Assembly (NCBI GenBank): GCA_043752185.1
Contig: JAYUZB010000014.1
Span: forward strand, 49-64,048
DNA length: 64,000 bases
From: Chitinophagaceae bacterium
GTDB taxonomy: Bacteria > Bacteroidota > Bacteroidia > Chitinophagales > Chitinophagaceae
Direction: 5' to 3'
This document shows, piece after piece, positions 46,759 to 58,700 of this stretch; within the stretch, counting starts at the first letter, position 1; the number at the start of each line of letters is the position of its first letter. Under the pieces are notes generated by a model. The model saw only the letters and a list, made by a program, of their open reading frames with translations. It made no database searches and was not told the origin of the DNA. Position numbers and translations under genes: made by a program.

Positions 46759-48462
46759 ATGCATTTTAAGAATTTATTTTTTACGCCCCTCGTATTTATA
46801 CTTGCTGGCATTGCAATTTGTACACAAGCACAAAAGATTGACAGCCGGGGTTATTCAATTCAAAAAAATATAAACTGCAGCAAAGGTGCAGTTGTATCGG
46901 CCCATCCATTGGCCAGCATGGTGGGTCTGAGTATTTTAAAGAAAGGAGGCAATGCTGTTGATGCTGCTATTGCCACACAACTGGCTTTGGCTGTTGTATA
47001 CCCCGGTGCCGGCAATATTGGTGGCGGTGGTTTTATGGTGGCGCATTTAAAAAGTGGTAAAAATATCACATTGGATTATCGTGAAAAAGCACCGGCTAAA
47101 GCCAGCAGTGATATGTACCTGGATGCAGCCGGTAACCCGATTAAGAATTTGTCGCTTGACGGGCATTTAGCTGCAGGCGTACCTGGCACCGTTGCCGGAT
47201 TATTTGCCAGCATGAAATATGCAAAACTACCTTTTAAAACATTGATACAACCCGCCATTGAACTTGCTGAAAAAGGATTTGCACTTACGGCTGCGCAGGC
47301 TGCATCATTCAACAATATGAAAAAAGAATTTCTTGCATTGAATACAACTACAGTTGCATTTGTGAAAGAAACCGATTGGAAGGCCGGTGATATTTTAATA
47401 CAAAAAGATCTAGCCAATACATTAAAACGAATTAGTAACAATGGGCAAAAAGGATTTTATGAAGGAGAAACCGCCAGGCTTATTGTTGCAGAAATGCAGA
47501 AAGGAAAGGGTATTATTTCTTTAGATGATCTTAAAGCTTACCAGGCAAAAGAAAGAACAGCACTTGATTTTAATTACAAAGGTTACCAGATAATTACCAT
47601 GCCGCTGCCCAGCAGCGGCGGCATTATAATACAACAGATGCTGAAGATGATTGAAGGGAGAAATATTGCTGCCATGAAGTTTCAAACAGCGGCATCGGTA
47701 CAGCTGATGACCGAAGTAGAACGCAGGGCATTTGCGGACCGTGGCGAATTTTTAGGCGATCCTGATTTTGTGAAAGTGCCGGTAAAAACAATGGTAAGCG
47801 AAGTTTATTTAAATGAACGCATGAAAGACTACGAACCCGGCAAAGCAGGCAGCAGCAAAACTACCACTGCAGGCATGATAAAGGAAAGTGAAGAGACTAC
47901 CCACTTAAGTGTGCTGGATGTTTATGGCAATGCAGTATCGGTAACCACTACTTTAAATGGTGGTTATGGCAGCCGCACAGTTGTTGGCGGCGCAGGTTTT
48001 TTATTAAATAACGAGATGGATGATTTTAGCGTAAAGCCTGGCGCACCCAATATGTATGGCGCTATAGGCAACGCAAAAAATGCCATTACTCCAGGTAAAC
48101 GAATGTTAAGCAGTATGACGCCCACCATTGTTTTAAAAGACGGCCTTCCCTACCTGGTAGTTGGCACACCCGGTGGCACTACCATACCTACCAGTGTTTT
48201 TCAGGCATTGGTAAATGTGCTGGAATTTAATATGAGCCCCAATGATGCCATTAACAGCTCCATGTTTCATCACCAGTGGCTGCCGGATTGGGTTTCGGTT
48301 GAAAAGGATTTTCCGGAAGATATAAAAAAACAACTGGAAGCAATGGGATATATCCTTAAACCAAGGGGCGCCTGGAGCAGGTTAGAGATTATCCAGATTA
48401 AAAATAAAAAAATAGTAGCAGTTGGTGATAAGAGAGGCGACGATGACGCAAGAGGTTATTGA
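46759..48462 (+). CDS. ggt: Gamma-glutamyltransferase
   Basis: GGNAVDAA, DYRE, ETTHLS, LNNEMDDF, LSSMTP, GTPGG. Confidence 0.95.
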   Translation: MHFKNLFFTPLVFILAGIAICTQAQKIDSRGYSIQKNINCSKGAVVSAHPLASMVGLSILKKGGNAVDAAIATQLALAVVYPGAGNIGGGGFMVAHLKSGKNITLDYREKAPAKASSDMYLDAAGNPIKNLSLDGHLAAGVPGTVAGLFASMKYAKLPFKTLIQPAIELAEKGFALTAAQAASFNNMKKEFLALNTTTVAFVKETDWKAGDILIQKDLANTLKRISNNGQKGFYEGETARLIVAEMQKGKGIISLDDLKAYQAKERTALDFNYKGYQIITMPLPSSGGIIIQQMLKMIEGRNIAAMKFQTAASVQLMTEVERRAFADRGEFLGDPDFVKVPVKTMVSEVYLNERMKDYEPGKAGSSKTTTAGMIKESEETTHLSVLDVYGNAVSVTTTLNGGYGSRTVVGGAGFLLNNEMDDFSVKPGAPNMYGAIGNAKNAITPGKRMLSSMTPTIVLKDGLPYLVVGTPGGTTIPTSVFQALVNVLEFNMSPNDAINSSMFHHQWLPDWVSVEKDFPEDIKKQLEAMGYILKPRGAWSRLEIIQIKNKKIVAVGDKRGDDDARGY

Positions 48463-48500
48463 AAAAGTAAAAAATCAAAAATCAAAAGTTAAAATTAGTC

Positions 48501-49031
48501 ATGAGTATAGGGACAGAATTTTTAAACAGTGCCATTAAAAGATTGAGTTACTACAAAGACCTCGGTGATAAAACTTTTACTCAACTCAATGAAGAAGATT
48601 TTCATTTTACACCCAATGCCGAAAGCAACAGCATCGCCCTTATTATTCAGCATACCGCCGGTAATATGCTTAGCCGCTGGACCGATTTTTTAACCACCGA
48701 TGGTGAAAAAGATTGGCGCAACCGGGATACTGAATTTGAAGAACAACATTTAAAAAGACAACAATTAATTGATTTATGGCAAAAAGGCTGGAACTGTTTG
48801 CTGAACAGTTTGAATTCTCTCACCGAAGAAGATCTGCTTAAAACCATTTACATACGTAGCGAGGGCCTGCTGGTAATAGATGCAATCAACCGGCAAATGG
48901 CACATTATCCTTATCATGTGGGGCAAATTATTTACCTGGGCAAGATTATTAAAAATAAAGATTGGAAAAATCTTTCCATTGCAAAAGGGTATTCCAATCA
49001 ATTTAACCAGCAAATGCATACAAAACCCTGA
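48501..49031 (+). CDS. DUF1572 (DinB-like) protein
   Basis: ESNSIA..H..GNMLSRWTDFLTTDGEK..RNRD.EF; HYPYHVGQI. Confidence 0.88.
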   Translation: MSIGTEFLNSAIKRLSYYKDLGDKTFTQLNEEDFHFTPNAESNSIALIIQHTAGNMLSRWTDFLTTDGEKDWRNRDTEFEEQHLKRQQLIDLWQKGWNCLLNSLNSLTEEDLLKTIYIRSEGLLVIDAINRQMAHYPYHVGQIIYLGKIIKNKDWKNLSIAKGYSNQFNQQMHTKP

Positions 49032-49127
49032 TTGCTGCTGGTTTTTAACTGTAAATTTAATTTAAAGTTTGGTACTGTATTTGCCTTTACAAAGCCTATT
49101 AGCTATTTTTACACCTAATATTTAACT

Positions 49128-52100
49128 CTGCACAAAATCTTTAACATATTAAAATGGTTTTTGCTCACGCTGCTGTTTTGGCTTGTGCTTGCCGTTTTAT
49201 TTATTTATGTGAGCCCTGCCTCAACCCTGCTTTTTATTATTTCACTATTGGGCTGGGCTTTGGCATGGGGCATTATTTATAAAAAGACAAGGCATAAGAT
49301 CTCATTTTTTCTCATCCTGATATTGTTGTTCTTATCTACCTGGGGCATTTTACAAATAACTGCTGTACAAAACTGGGCGGTTTCAAAAGTAACCAACACC
49401 ATTTCCCGAAACCTGAAAACAAAAATCTCAATCGGGCACATTAATATAGGTTTTTTTGATAAACTTTCTTTTGAAAGACTTTTGGTAGAAGACAGGAAAC
49501 ATGACACACTGCTTTATGCCGGTGCTGCCAAAGTAAATATTACCGATTGGTTTTTCTTTAAAGATAATGCCACACTTAAATTTTTTGGGCTAACCGATGC
49601 CGTTGTAAATATAAACCGAACCGACTCTGTTTGGAATTACCAGTTTCTGGTAGATTATTTTTCAAGCCCAAAAAAAGATACCGTTACAAAGGGAGGAATT
49701 GAATTTGACCTGCAGGTATTAAAATTTGAAAATGTTATTTTTAATAAAGAAGATAAATGGATTGGCCAGGATATGAAAGTGGGCATAAAGAATCTGGATC
49801 TTAAAGCAGACTTGATTAACTTTAATAAGAAACAAATAAGCATATCTGACCTGACATTAAATGCGCCTGTATTCATCCAATCTGTTTACAAGGGTAACAA
49901 ACCTATAGTTGCAAATGATAACCTGAGAGACCTTGTTCCTAAAATACCAGTACTTTCTGCGTTGCAATGGAATACAGGCGGTTGGGATATCGGGATAAAA
50001 AATATTGAACTTAATAATGCCAATTTTAAATATGATGTTGAAACTCCCCGTGGAATTTTTACTGATCGCTTCGATCCACAACATATCCAGTTTACCGAAA
50101 TTACAGGCAACCTGAAAAACGTTTCTTTTATTAATGACACTTTAACCACTGATTTAAAATTAAAAACAAAAGAACGGAGTGGATTTGCAGTTACCAACCT
50201 GCAGTCAAAAATAAAATTCACGCCCGATATTATGGAATTCAGCAAGCTGCTGATTGAAACCGGCAAAAGCAGGATTTCTGATTATTACTCCATGCGCTAT
50301 AAAAATTTTAACGACGACCTGAGGAGTTTTATACATAACGTATTGCTTGAAGGTAATTTTAAAGACAGTAAGATTCATAGTGATGATATTGCTTATTTTG
50401 CACCTGCCGTAAAAACCTGGAACCGTATTTTTTATTTCCAGGGAAATGTAAAAGGGGCAATAGATAACCTTGCCGGAAAAAAAATAATTGTAAAAAGTGC
50501 CAACACCACTTTAGATGGCGATATTACCTTAAAGGGTTTGCCTGATATCAGGAATACATTTATTGATATTAAATCGAACAACTTACAAACCAATTACAAT
50601 GATCTTGTTACGCTTATACCTTCGTTAAAATCTATCAAAACACCTCAGTTAAGCCAGTTAGGCAATATTCGTTTTAAAGGAAATTTTACAGGCTTTATTA
50701 ACGACTTTGTTGCGTATGGCAATATCAGTACAAGTCTAGGTAATGTGAATGCAGATTTAAATATGAAATTACCCGCCAACCAGCCACCCATCTACTCCGG
50801 TAAAATTTCTTCGGCCGGTTTTAATCTGGGCAGGTTTTTTAATAACTCCAAATTAGGAGCTGTTGCACTTGATGGAAAAGTTAAGGGAAGTGGATTTAAT
50901 ATAAAAACCCTGAATGCCAATTTTGACGGTAAAATTCACAAACTGGAATTTTCCGGCTATCCTTATCAAAACATAACTGTTAACGGAAAATTTGTAAAAA
51001 ACCTTTTTACAGGTAACCTGGATATTGATGACCCCAATTTAAAGATTGTGGGCCTGAATGGTTCTGTTAGTTTATCGGGAGACAGTACCAGATTTAATTT
51101 TACTGCCGATCTGCAAAAAGCAAACCTGCAGCAGCTCAGGATTACCAAGGGAGTTTTCAGTTTATCTGGCCTTTTAAACTTTGATTTTAAAGGCAATAAC
51201 ATTGATAATTTTTTGGGAACTGCAAAAATGTACAACGCTACACTTTTGCATGACACCACACAATTATCTTTCGATTATTTAAACCTGAATTCGTTTATGG
51301 ACAGTGGCAGAAAAACACTCTCTGTTCAAAGCAATGAAGTAGAAGGCAATATTACCGGCCGGTTTAAAATAATGGAGCTGCCCGATGCATTCAGTGTTTT
51401 TCTTAACCGCTATTACCCATCGTATTTTAAAGATCCCGGTTATGACATTGGCGACCAGGATTTTTCTTTCCTGATAAAAACAAAAGCCGTTAATGATTAT
51501 GTGCAACTGTTTGAAAAACGCTTAAGCGGTTTTGACAACTCCGTTTTTTCTGGCAACCTCCGGCTGGCACAAAATGAATTTAACATCAATGCTTCTATAC
51601 CGCAGTTTAGTTATGATGGTAAAAGTTTTGAAAATATTGAGTTAGCAAGCAAAGGAAACCGCGACAGTTTAAATACGATTGTATCTGTAAGAGATTTTTC
51701 TGTGTCCGACAGTCTGCATTTTCCTAATACAAAATTCATTTTAAGTTCCAGTAACGATATTTCAAATATTCAGTTATCAACCAGTGCCAGTAAAACCATC
51801 AGCGATGCACAGCTAAATGCAAGGGTGCAAACATTTACTGATGGAGTAAAGATCAACTTCGCCCCTTCTTCATTTATTTTAAATGATAAAAAATGGAGCC
51901 TGTCTAAAGATGGTGAGATAACACTGCGTAAATCTGTTATAAAAGCCAATGACGTACGCTTTACACAGGGCAACCAGGAGATCATTATCTCTACCGAGCC
52001 TGATGAACAGAGCGGCAAAGCAAACCTGGTAGCCAAACTGAAAACAGTAAACATCAATGATTTTACATCGCTCATTTTAAAGCAGCCCAGGCTGGAAGGT

Positions 52101-54008
52101 ATTTTAACTGGCACCCTTAAATTAAAAGATCCCTTTGGCAAACAGATTATTGAATTTGATGCAGAAGCAGAAGAGTTCAGGCTTGATAATAAAGAAATAG
52201 GCACCGTAAAAATAAAGGGCAATGTAAATACAACTACAGGGCTTATAACAGCTAAGGGCAAAGCAGATAACGATAAGAATAAGTTTGATATTGATGGCAC
52301 TTATAACTACAAAGATTCCAGTGTTAATAAAATGAATTTTGCACTGCGTGCCGAAAAGTTCGACATCAGCCTTTTAAATAATTACCTGGGTGGAATTTTT
52401 AGTGAAATAAAAGGAGATATCAATACCCAGGACCTGCGGGTTTACAGTGGTGCCGATCATAATTTTGTTACCGGCACTGTAAACATTACCGAAGGCGAAT
52501 TAAAAATAATTTATACCCAGTGTAAATATAAATTCACCAACGAAACCATAATTTTTAATCCGGATGAAATTGATTTTGGTTTGTTGCAGTTAAGGGATAC
52601 TTTAAACAATACCGGTACTGCCAGTGGTAAACTGCAGCATAAATGGTTTAATGATTTTGGGTTTGATAACATCCGATTTGAAACCGGTAAAATGCTTTTA
52701 TTAAATACGGCCAAAAAAGACAACAGCCAGTTTTATGGCAATGTTATTGGCAGGGCACTTATGACTTTGAATGGCCCTGTTACCGACATGCGAATGAATA
52801 TTAACGGCGAACCATCGGCTGTTGACAGTAGCCATATTTACATTCCCACAAGCAGCGGCAGTAAGGAGATTGGTAAGATTGATTATATTGATTTTATACA
52901 GTATGGTAGCAGAATGGAAGATGAATACAAGGGTAAAAAAGAATCTAATTTTTTGGTGAACATGAATTTAAAAGCAAACCCTGCCTGCAAAATTGATGTA
53001 ATACTGGATGAAACAACCGGTGATATTATTAAAGGGCGTGGCAATGGTTTGCTGAACATTACAGTTGGCAGTAAAGAACCGCTGAGCATCAGGGGGCGTT
53101 ATGATATTACCGATGGTGAATACAAGTTTAATTTTCAAACTTTTCTGCAAAAATATTTCAACATCATGGATGGGTCTTCCATTACATGGAATGGAGATCC
53201 GTACCTGGCACAAATAAAAATTGATGCAGAATATCTTGCAAAAAAAGTAGACCTGAGTAATTTAAGTTCATCTACCAAGCAAAAAGAAAATGTAACCATC
53301 ATTGCCCACATGACGGGGGTGTTAAATAAGCCAATCATTAAATTCGAATTTCGCCTGCCACCAACCAGCGAAATAAGCAAAGATTTTTTTGTGTTAAATA
53401 AATTAGAGGCATTGAAAAATGATGAAAATGAAATGAACAAACAGGTGGCCAGCATTTTAATTTTTAATTCGTTCATTTCGGTAGATCAAAACCAGGGTTT
53501 TGTTACCGGCGGAAATACGATTGGAATAGCAACCAGCACCATTGGCGGTATAATTTCGGGCTGGTTAACCAATTTATTTAATAAAGAACTGGAGAAAGCC
53601 ACCAACGGAGTTGTTTCCACTTATTTTGATATCAGTTCCAGCTTCGACCTGCAAAGTAAGGCTGCACTTTTACAGGCAAATTTTAGTGCCGGTTTAAAAC
53701 TGGTATTAAGCAGCAGGCTGGTAGTTTTAATTGGTGGTACGCTCGATTATAATAACCCGTACGCTCAGTTAAATAAAAAGGGATTGCTAACGCCGGATAT
53801 TAATATAGAATGGTCGCTTAATAATGATGGCTCTTTAAAAGTAATTGGCTTTAACCGTACCAGTGTTGATCTTGCACAGGGACAAAGAAATCGCTCGGGT
53901 ATTAAATTATCTTACCGCAAAGATTTTGACAGGCTATCAGATATTTTTGCGCCCAGCGAAGAGAAAAAAAGAAAGAGACAGTTGAGGAAAGAAGGAAAGG
54001 TAAAATGA
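49128..54008 (+). CDS. tamB: Translocation/assembly module TamB-like protein
   Basis: ~1620-aa beta-rich protein with N-terminal anchor; DUF490-like C-terminus (GSSITWNGDP..A.I.I.AEY). Start uncertain (CTG 49128 or TTG 49161). Confidence 0.75.
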   Translation: MHKIFNILKWFLLTLLFWLVLAVLFIYVSPASTLLFIISLLGWALAWGIIYKKTRHKISFFLILILLFLSTWGILQITAVQNWAVSKVTNTISRNLKTKISIGHINIGFFDKLSFERLLVEDRKHDTLLYAGAAKVNITDWFFFKDNATLKFFGLTDAVVNINRTDSVWNYQFLVDYFSSPKKDTVTKGGIEFDLQVLKFENVIFNKEDKWIGQDMKVGIKNLDLKADLINFNKKQISISDLTLNAPVFIQSVYKGNKPIVANDNLRDLVPKIPVLSALQWNTGGWDIGIKNIELNNANFKYDVETPRGIFTDRFDPQHIQFTEITGNLKNVSFINDTLTTDLKLKTKERSGFAVTNLQSKIKFTPDIMEFSKLLIETGKSRISDYYSMRYKNFNDDLRSFIHNVLLEGNFKDSKIHSDDIAYFAPAVKTWNRIFYFQGNVKGAIDNLAGKKIIVKSANTTLDGDITLKGLPDIRNTFIDIKSNNLQTNYNDLVTLIPSLKSIKTPQLSQLGNIRFKGNFTGFINDFVAYGNISTSLGNVNADLNMKLPANQPPIYSGKISSAGFNLGRFFNNSKLGAVALDGKVKGSGFNIKTLNANFDGKIHKLEFSGYPYQNITVNGKFVKNLFTGNLDIDDPNLKIVGLNGSVSLSGDSTRFNFTADLQKANLQQLRITKGVFSLSGLLNFDFKGNNIDNFLGTAKMYNATLLHDTTQLSFDYLNLNSFMDSGRKTLSVQSNEVEGNITGRFKIMELPDAFSVFLNRYYPSYFKDPGYDIGDQDFSFLIKTKAVNDYVQLFEKRLSGFDNSVFSGNLRLAQNEFNINASIPQFSYDGKSFENIELASKGNRDSLNTIVSVRDFSVSDSLHFPNTKFILSSSNDISNIQLSTSASKTISDAQLNARVQTFTDGVKINFAPSSFILNDKKWSLSKDGEITLRKSVIKANDVRFTQGNQEIIISTEPDEQSGKANLVAKLKTVNINDFTSLILKQPRLEGILTGTLKLKDPFGKQIIEFDAEAEEFRLDNKEIGTVKIKGNVNTTTGLITAKGKADNDKNKFDIDGTYNYKDSSVNKMNFALRAEKFDISLLNNYLGGIFSEIKGDINTQDLRVYSGADHNFVTGTVNITEGELKIIYTQCKYKFTNETIIFNPDEIDFGLLQLRDTLNNTGTASGKLQHKWFNDFGFDNIRFETGKMLLLNTAKKDNSQFYGNVIGRALMTLNGPVTDMRMNINGEPSAVDSSHIYIPTSSGSKEIGKIDYIDFIQYGSRMEDEYKGKKESNFLVNMNLKANPACKIDVILDETTGDIIKGRGNGLLNITVGSKEPLSIRGRYDITDGEYKFNFQTFLQKYFNIMDGSSITWNGDPYLAQIKIDAEYLAKKVDLSNLSSSTKQKENVTIIAHMTGVLNKPIIKFEFRLPPTSEISKDFFVLNKLEALKNDENEMNKQVASILIFNSFISVDQNQGFVTGGNTIGIATSTIGGIISGWLTNLFNKELEKATNGVVSTYFDISSSFDLQSKAALLQANFSAGLKLVLSSRLVVLIGGTLDYNNPYAQLNKKGLLTPDINIEWSLNNDGSLKVIGFNRTSVDLAQGQRNRSGIKLSYRKDFDRLSDIFAPSEEKKRKRQLRKEGKVK

Positions 54009-54138
54009 GTCGGGAGTCAGGAGTCGATAGTCGGGAGTGGTGAATAAAATGCAGGGTGCTAAACTTTAAATACTCCTGTCCTGACTCCCTACTATCGACT
54101 ATCGACTCCCGGCTACCGACTCAAGACTCCCGACTCTC
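54007..54138. repeat. Inverted heptamer arrays (GAGTCGG)n / (GACTCCC)n between convergent genes
   Basis: About 5 units at 54007-54040 and about 8 units at 54083-54138; overlaps the ribBA stop. Confidence 0.85.
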
Positions 54139-55335
54139 AATCATTATCTCATGCCCCATCTTATCTTTTTTAGTTTGCAGGTATTTTTCGTTGTGTGGGT
54201 TAGCTGCAATTTCTATTTGTACATTTTCAACAACTTCTAAACCATAGCCCAACAGGCCTGCACGTTTACGTGGGTTATTGGTCATCAGTTTCATTTTATT
54301 TACACCAAGGTGGCGTAATATCTGTGCACCAACGCCATAATCACGGCCATCCATATCAAAGCCCAGTTCCAGGTTAGCTTCCACAGTATCAAGCCCCTGC
54401 TCTTGTAATTTATAAGCCTTTAGTTTATTTAATAATCCTATCCCTCTGCCCTCCTGGTTCATGTAAAGTACCAAACCCTTACCTGCCTGCTCAATCATTT
54501 TTAAAGCATGGTGTAACTGATCGCCACAATCGCAGCGCAGTGAGCCTAATATATCACCGGTCATACAGCTGCTGTGCACCCTTACCAAAACCGGTTCGTC
54601 TTTTTGCCAATCGCCTTTTTTAAGTGCCAGGTGAATTTCACCGGTATTTATTTGTTCAAAAGCAATCAACTCAAAACTGCCATATTTGGTAGGCATGTTA
54701 ACCCGTACTTCTTCCTTAATCAGGCTTTCCTGCTGCAGGCGGTACTCAATTAAATCCCTAATGGAAATTAATTTCAGGTCAAACTTCTTTGCTATCTCTT
54801 TTAATTGAGGCAAACGGGCCATTGTGCCATCTTCATTCATAATCTCAACCAATACACCTGCAGGTGCAAAACCTGCCAAACGAGACATATCAATGGTAGC
54901 TTCGGTATGGCCGGAACGGCGCAGTACACCACCCTTTTTTGCCTTCAACGGAAAAATATGGCCGGGCCTGCCCAGGTCTTCGGGTTTTGTATTGGGATTA
55001 ACCAGCGCCTTTACAGTTTTGGAACGGTCATGTGCCGAAATTCCGGTTCCACAACCCTCACCAAGCAGATCAATACTTACCGTAAATGCGGTTTCGTGCA
55101 GCGATGTATTATCAGCTACCATGGGCTGTAAATCCAGCTCTTGGCAGCGTTCTTCGGTAATAGCGGCGCAAATTAAACCCCGGCCGTGGGTACTCATAAA
55201 ATTGATTATTTCGGGCGTTGCATTTTCAGCAGCTGTAAGAAAATCTCCTTCATTTTCACGGTCTTCGTCATCTACAACTATAATAAGTTTTCCTTTTTTA
55301 ATGTCTTCAATGGCACTTACAATACTATCCAGCAT
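54121..55335 (-). CDS. ribBA: Bifunctional DHBP synthase / GTP cyclohydrolase II
   Basis: [46 protein letters not shown]. Confidence 0.96.
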   Translation of the reverse strand: MLDSIVSAIEDIKKGKLIIVVDDEDRENEGDFLTAAENATPEIINFMSTHGRGLICAAITEERCQELDLQPMVADNTSLHETAFTVSIDLLGEGCGTGISAHDRSKTVKALVNPNTKPEDLGRPGHIFPLKAKKGGVLRRSGHTEATIDMSRLAGFAPAGVLVEIMNEDGTMARLPQLKEIAKKFDLKLISIRDLIEYRLQQESLIKEEVRVNMPTKYGSFELIAFEQINTGEIHLALKKGDWQKDEPVLVRVHSSCMTGDILGSLRCDCGDQLHHALKMIEQAGKGLVLYMNQEGRGIGLLNKLKAYKLQEQGLDTVEANLELGFDMDGRDYGVGAQILRHLGVNKMKLMTNNPRKRAGLLGYGLEVVENVQIEIAANPHNEKYLQTKKDKMGHEIMIESRES

Positions 55336-55739
55336 ATTATTTGTTTAGGGCGCAAAGTTAACAAGATTTAAAGCGCCGGTTCTTTCGGTTTTGGTAAAAG
55401 TTTAATTCATAATTTTAAACGGCTTTTTTCAGGTATCAGTTACCCTTCAAAAAAATATCAAATTTCAAAGCAATTCTTACACAACATTTGTATTTTTTGG
55501 CATACTAGTTTTTAACAGGACTGAATACGATTTAAAATAAATAGGTTCAGGAAATAAATTTTCAGTGCTTACAATTGTTTAAAGCTTTTTTAAGCCGCTT
55601 TTGAAATTATTTTCTGTTTAAGTGATTTTAAGTGTCATCTGGCTTAAAACACAACTTGGCGATTCCTCATAATTTGTTAATAAAAGTTAACAGAATTCGG
55701 CTTTTATTTAGTTTCTTTGCCAGCGTAAAACAAACTATT

Positions 55740-58700
55740 ATGAGAATGAAAAAAATTCTATTCACTTTACTATCTGCACTTGCATTTCAATTTACTGTAA
55801 ATGCGCAGATAACAACAAGTGGTATGTCTGGTACAGTTAAAAATGCAACTAATGAGGCATTAACAGGAGCTACCATCACCGCTACACACACACCAACCGG
55901 TACAATTTACAATGTACAAAGCAGGGCTAATGGCAGGTTTGATATTACAAACATGAATAATGGCGGCCCCTACAAAGTAGAGGTTACTTATGTTAATTAT
56001 GCTAAAGAAGTAAAAGAAGATATTTACCTGAACCTTGGAGAGGTTTATCGTTATGATTTTACTTTGAACCTGGCTTCGGTAACAATAACAGAAGTTACCG
56101 TTGCAACCAGAAGAAGAAATGATTTAGATGCGAAAGGTGGTACATCCTCTTCCATTGGCAGAGATAAGATAGAATTAACCACATCAGTTGGAAGAAACAT
56201 TCAGGATTACATTAGAGTTACGCCATTTGCCAAAACCTTAAATGGCAATGAAGGTGCAGTTGCCATTGCCGGACAAAATAACCGGTATAATTCATTTTAC
56301 ATAGATGGTGCCATTAACAATGATGTTTTTGGTTTGGCTGCATCTGGCGTAAATGGCGGACAAACAGGTGCTGCCCCAATTTCTATTGATGCAATTGATC
56401 AGTTTCAGATTTTTATTTCGCCTTACGATGCCTCTATCGGTAATTTTACCGGTGGTGGAATTAATGCCGTAACAAAATCTGGTACCAATAAAATTGAAGG
56501 TTCTATTTACTATTTTTTCCGAAACGAAAAATTAGCAGGCAAAAACCCTACTCAGCGTAAAGACACTGCTCAGCGTTTTCCTGCTTTTAAAAACAAAACC
56601 TATGGTTTCCGTGTTGGCGGGCCAATCATTAAAAATAAGTTATTTTACTTCCTGAGTGCAGAACAGCAGCGTGATGAAACACCACAACCTTTTGATTTTG
56701 CAACCTACCGTGGTAACACCAATACAGTTGCAGGTGTAGAAGCAATCAAATCATTTGTAAAATCCACGTATGGTTATGATATGGGGGAATGGCAATCAAC
56801 TGCAAGAAAACTGGATGTAGACAGACTTTCTGCAAAATTAGATTGGAACATCAGCAGCAAGCACAGGCTTACCTTAAGCGGTCGTTACAATAAAGCAGTA
56901 TCCACTTCCACAGGCTTAAGTTCGGCAACCACAATCAATTTCAGCAATGGTGGTGTTAAATTTCCGAGCCGTACTACTGCCTTTGCTTTTGAATTAAAAA
57001 GTACACTAAGAAAAAATATCAGCAACAAATTACTGGCAACATATTCAGATGTACTGGATGACAGAAGTATTGTTGGCGATCCTTTTCCCCGTGTTTCTTT
57101 AAATGACGGAACCGGAACAATAAATTTTGGAAGCGATAACAGCTCAACCCAAAACCTGCTTACACAAAAGAATTTAAGTATTGTAGATAATCTGAAAATC
57201 AATATTAAAAACCACTCCATATCATTAGGTGTGGATTATGAGCGTTTTAAAGTATTTAATGTTTTTATACAGAACAGCTACGGTAATTACAACTATGGTA
57301 CAAATACCGTTGGAGGTATTACCACTACCGGTGTTCAAAAGTTTTTGGCAAACAATGCAAATGCCAACACTTATAACCTGGGATTTCCTAATACCGATAA
57401 AAATCTAAATGACGGTACAGGAGCCGGCGCAAGGTTTGAAGCGCAAAAACTGGCTTTTTACATAGCAGATGAAATTAAGATTGGTAATAACTTTACTTTA
57501 AACCTGGGTGTAAGAGCTGATAAATGGAGTTTCCCTACTCAACCTTATACAGATGCCTTTACCAATGACAGCGCTATTGTACAGTTTTCCAAATACTATG
57601 ATTTAAAGGGTGCCCGTTCTGGCCAAAGGCCAAAATTCCCTATATCTATTTCACCAAGAATTGGATTTACTTACAAAATACCTGATCAGGCAGTTACCAT
57701 TCGTGGTGGGTTTGGTGTATTTACCGGCCGTATGCCGCTGGTATGGCCTGGTGGAACTTACAACAATAACGGATATTTTGTTGGTGGATACTCTGCTTCT
57801 GCCACTTCATTAAATACCATCCGTTTCAGGTGGAATCCTAACGATATTCCGGGTAGTGTGTGGACACCTACACAAGTTGGACAGGGCTTTACAAAAGGAC
57901 CCTTGAACCTGATATCTAAAGAATTCAGAATGCCTAAACTGGCACGAGCTTCTCTGGCATTTGATAAGAACCTGGGCAAAGGATGGAGCAGTACCTTTGA
58001 AGTGCTTGTGAGCAAGAACATCAATGAAGTATATTATACCAACATCAATATATTACCTCCAACCGGGATTTCATTAGGTGCCGGGCCACGTTCAGTTTAT
58101 GGTGTAACCGGAAATACAACCAACCTTGTACCTATTACCAATAATGGAACCGGTACCAATCCATATGATAATGCTATCCTGGTTTCTAACAATACAACCG
58201 GGGGAAAAGGATTTGCTTATAACCTGAATGTGGGTATTGATAAAAGAAGTGCAAAAGGGATCAATTTCAGTGCATCTTATGCATTCGGTAATTCAATGGT
58301 GGGTAATGAGGGAACCAGTTCTGTAAACTTAAGCCAGTGGCGCTTTATAGAATCAGTTAACGGAAGAAATTCATTGGGACTAAGCTCTTCTGATTTTGAC
58401 CAGGCTCACCGCATTTTAAGTACACTCAGCAAGAAATTTACCTACCTGAAAGGTAAACTGGCTACTACCATAGCTTTAACCTATATTGGCCAAAGCGGTT
58501 CTCCATTAAGTTATGTTTATGCCACTAACAGTATGACTCGTGATGACGCATCGAACGGTGGTAATGACCTGATCTACATTCCAACTGCTGCTGAATTGCA
58601 GGCACAAACTTTCGTGAACAATACAGTTGGTACAACTACTTACACTCCACAGCAACAAAAAGATGCTTTGGAAGCTTATATAACCAAAGATAAATACCTG

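Noticed and set aside
55336-55739. FMN or cobalamin riboswitch between ribBA and the TonB-dependent receptor
   Set aside because: AT-rich region lacking recognisable conserved riboswitch cores by eye; an Infernal search would be needed to exclude fully.
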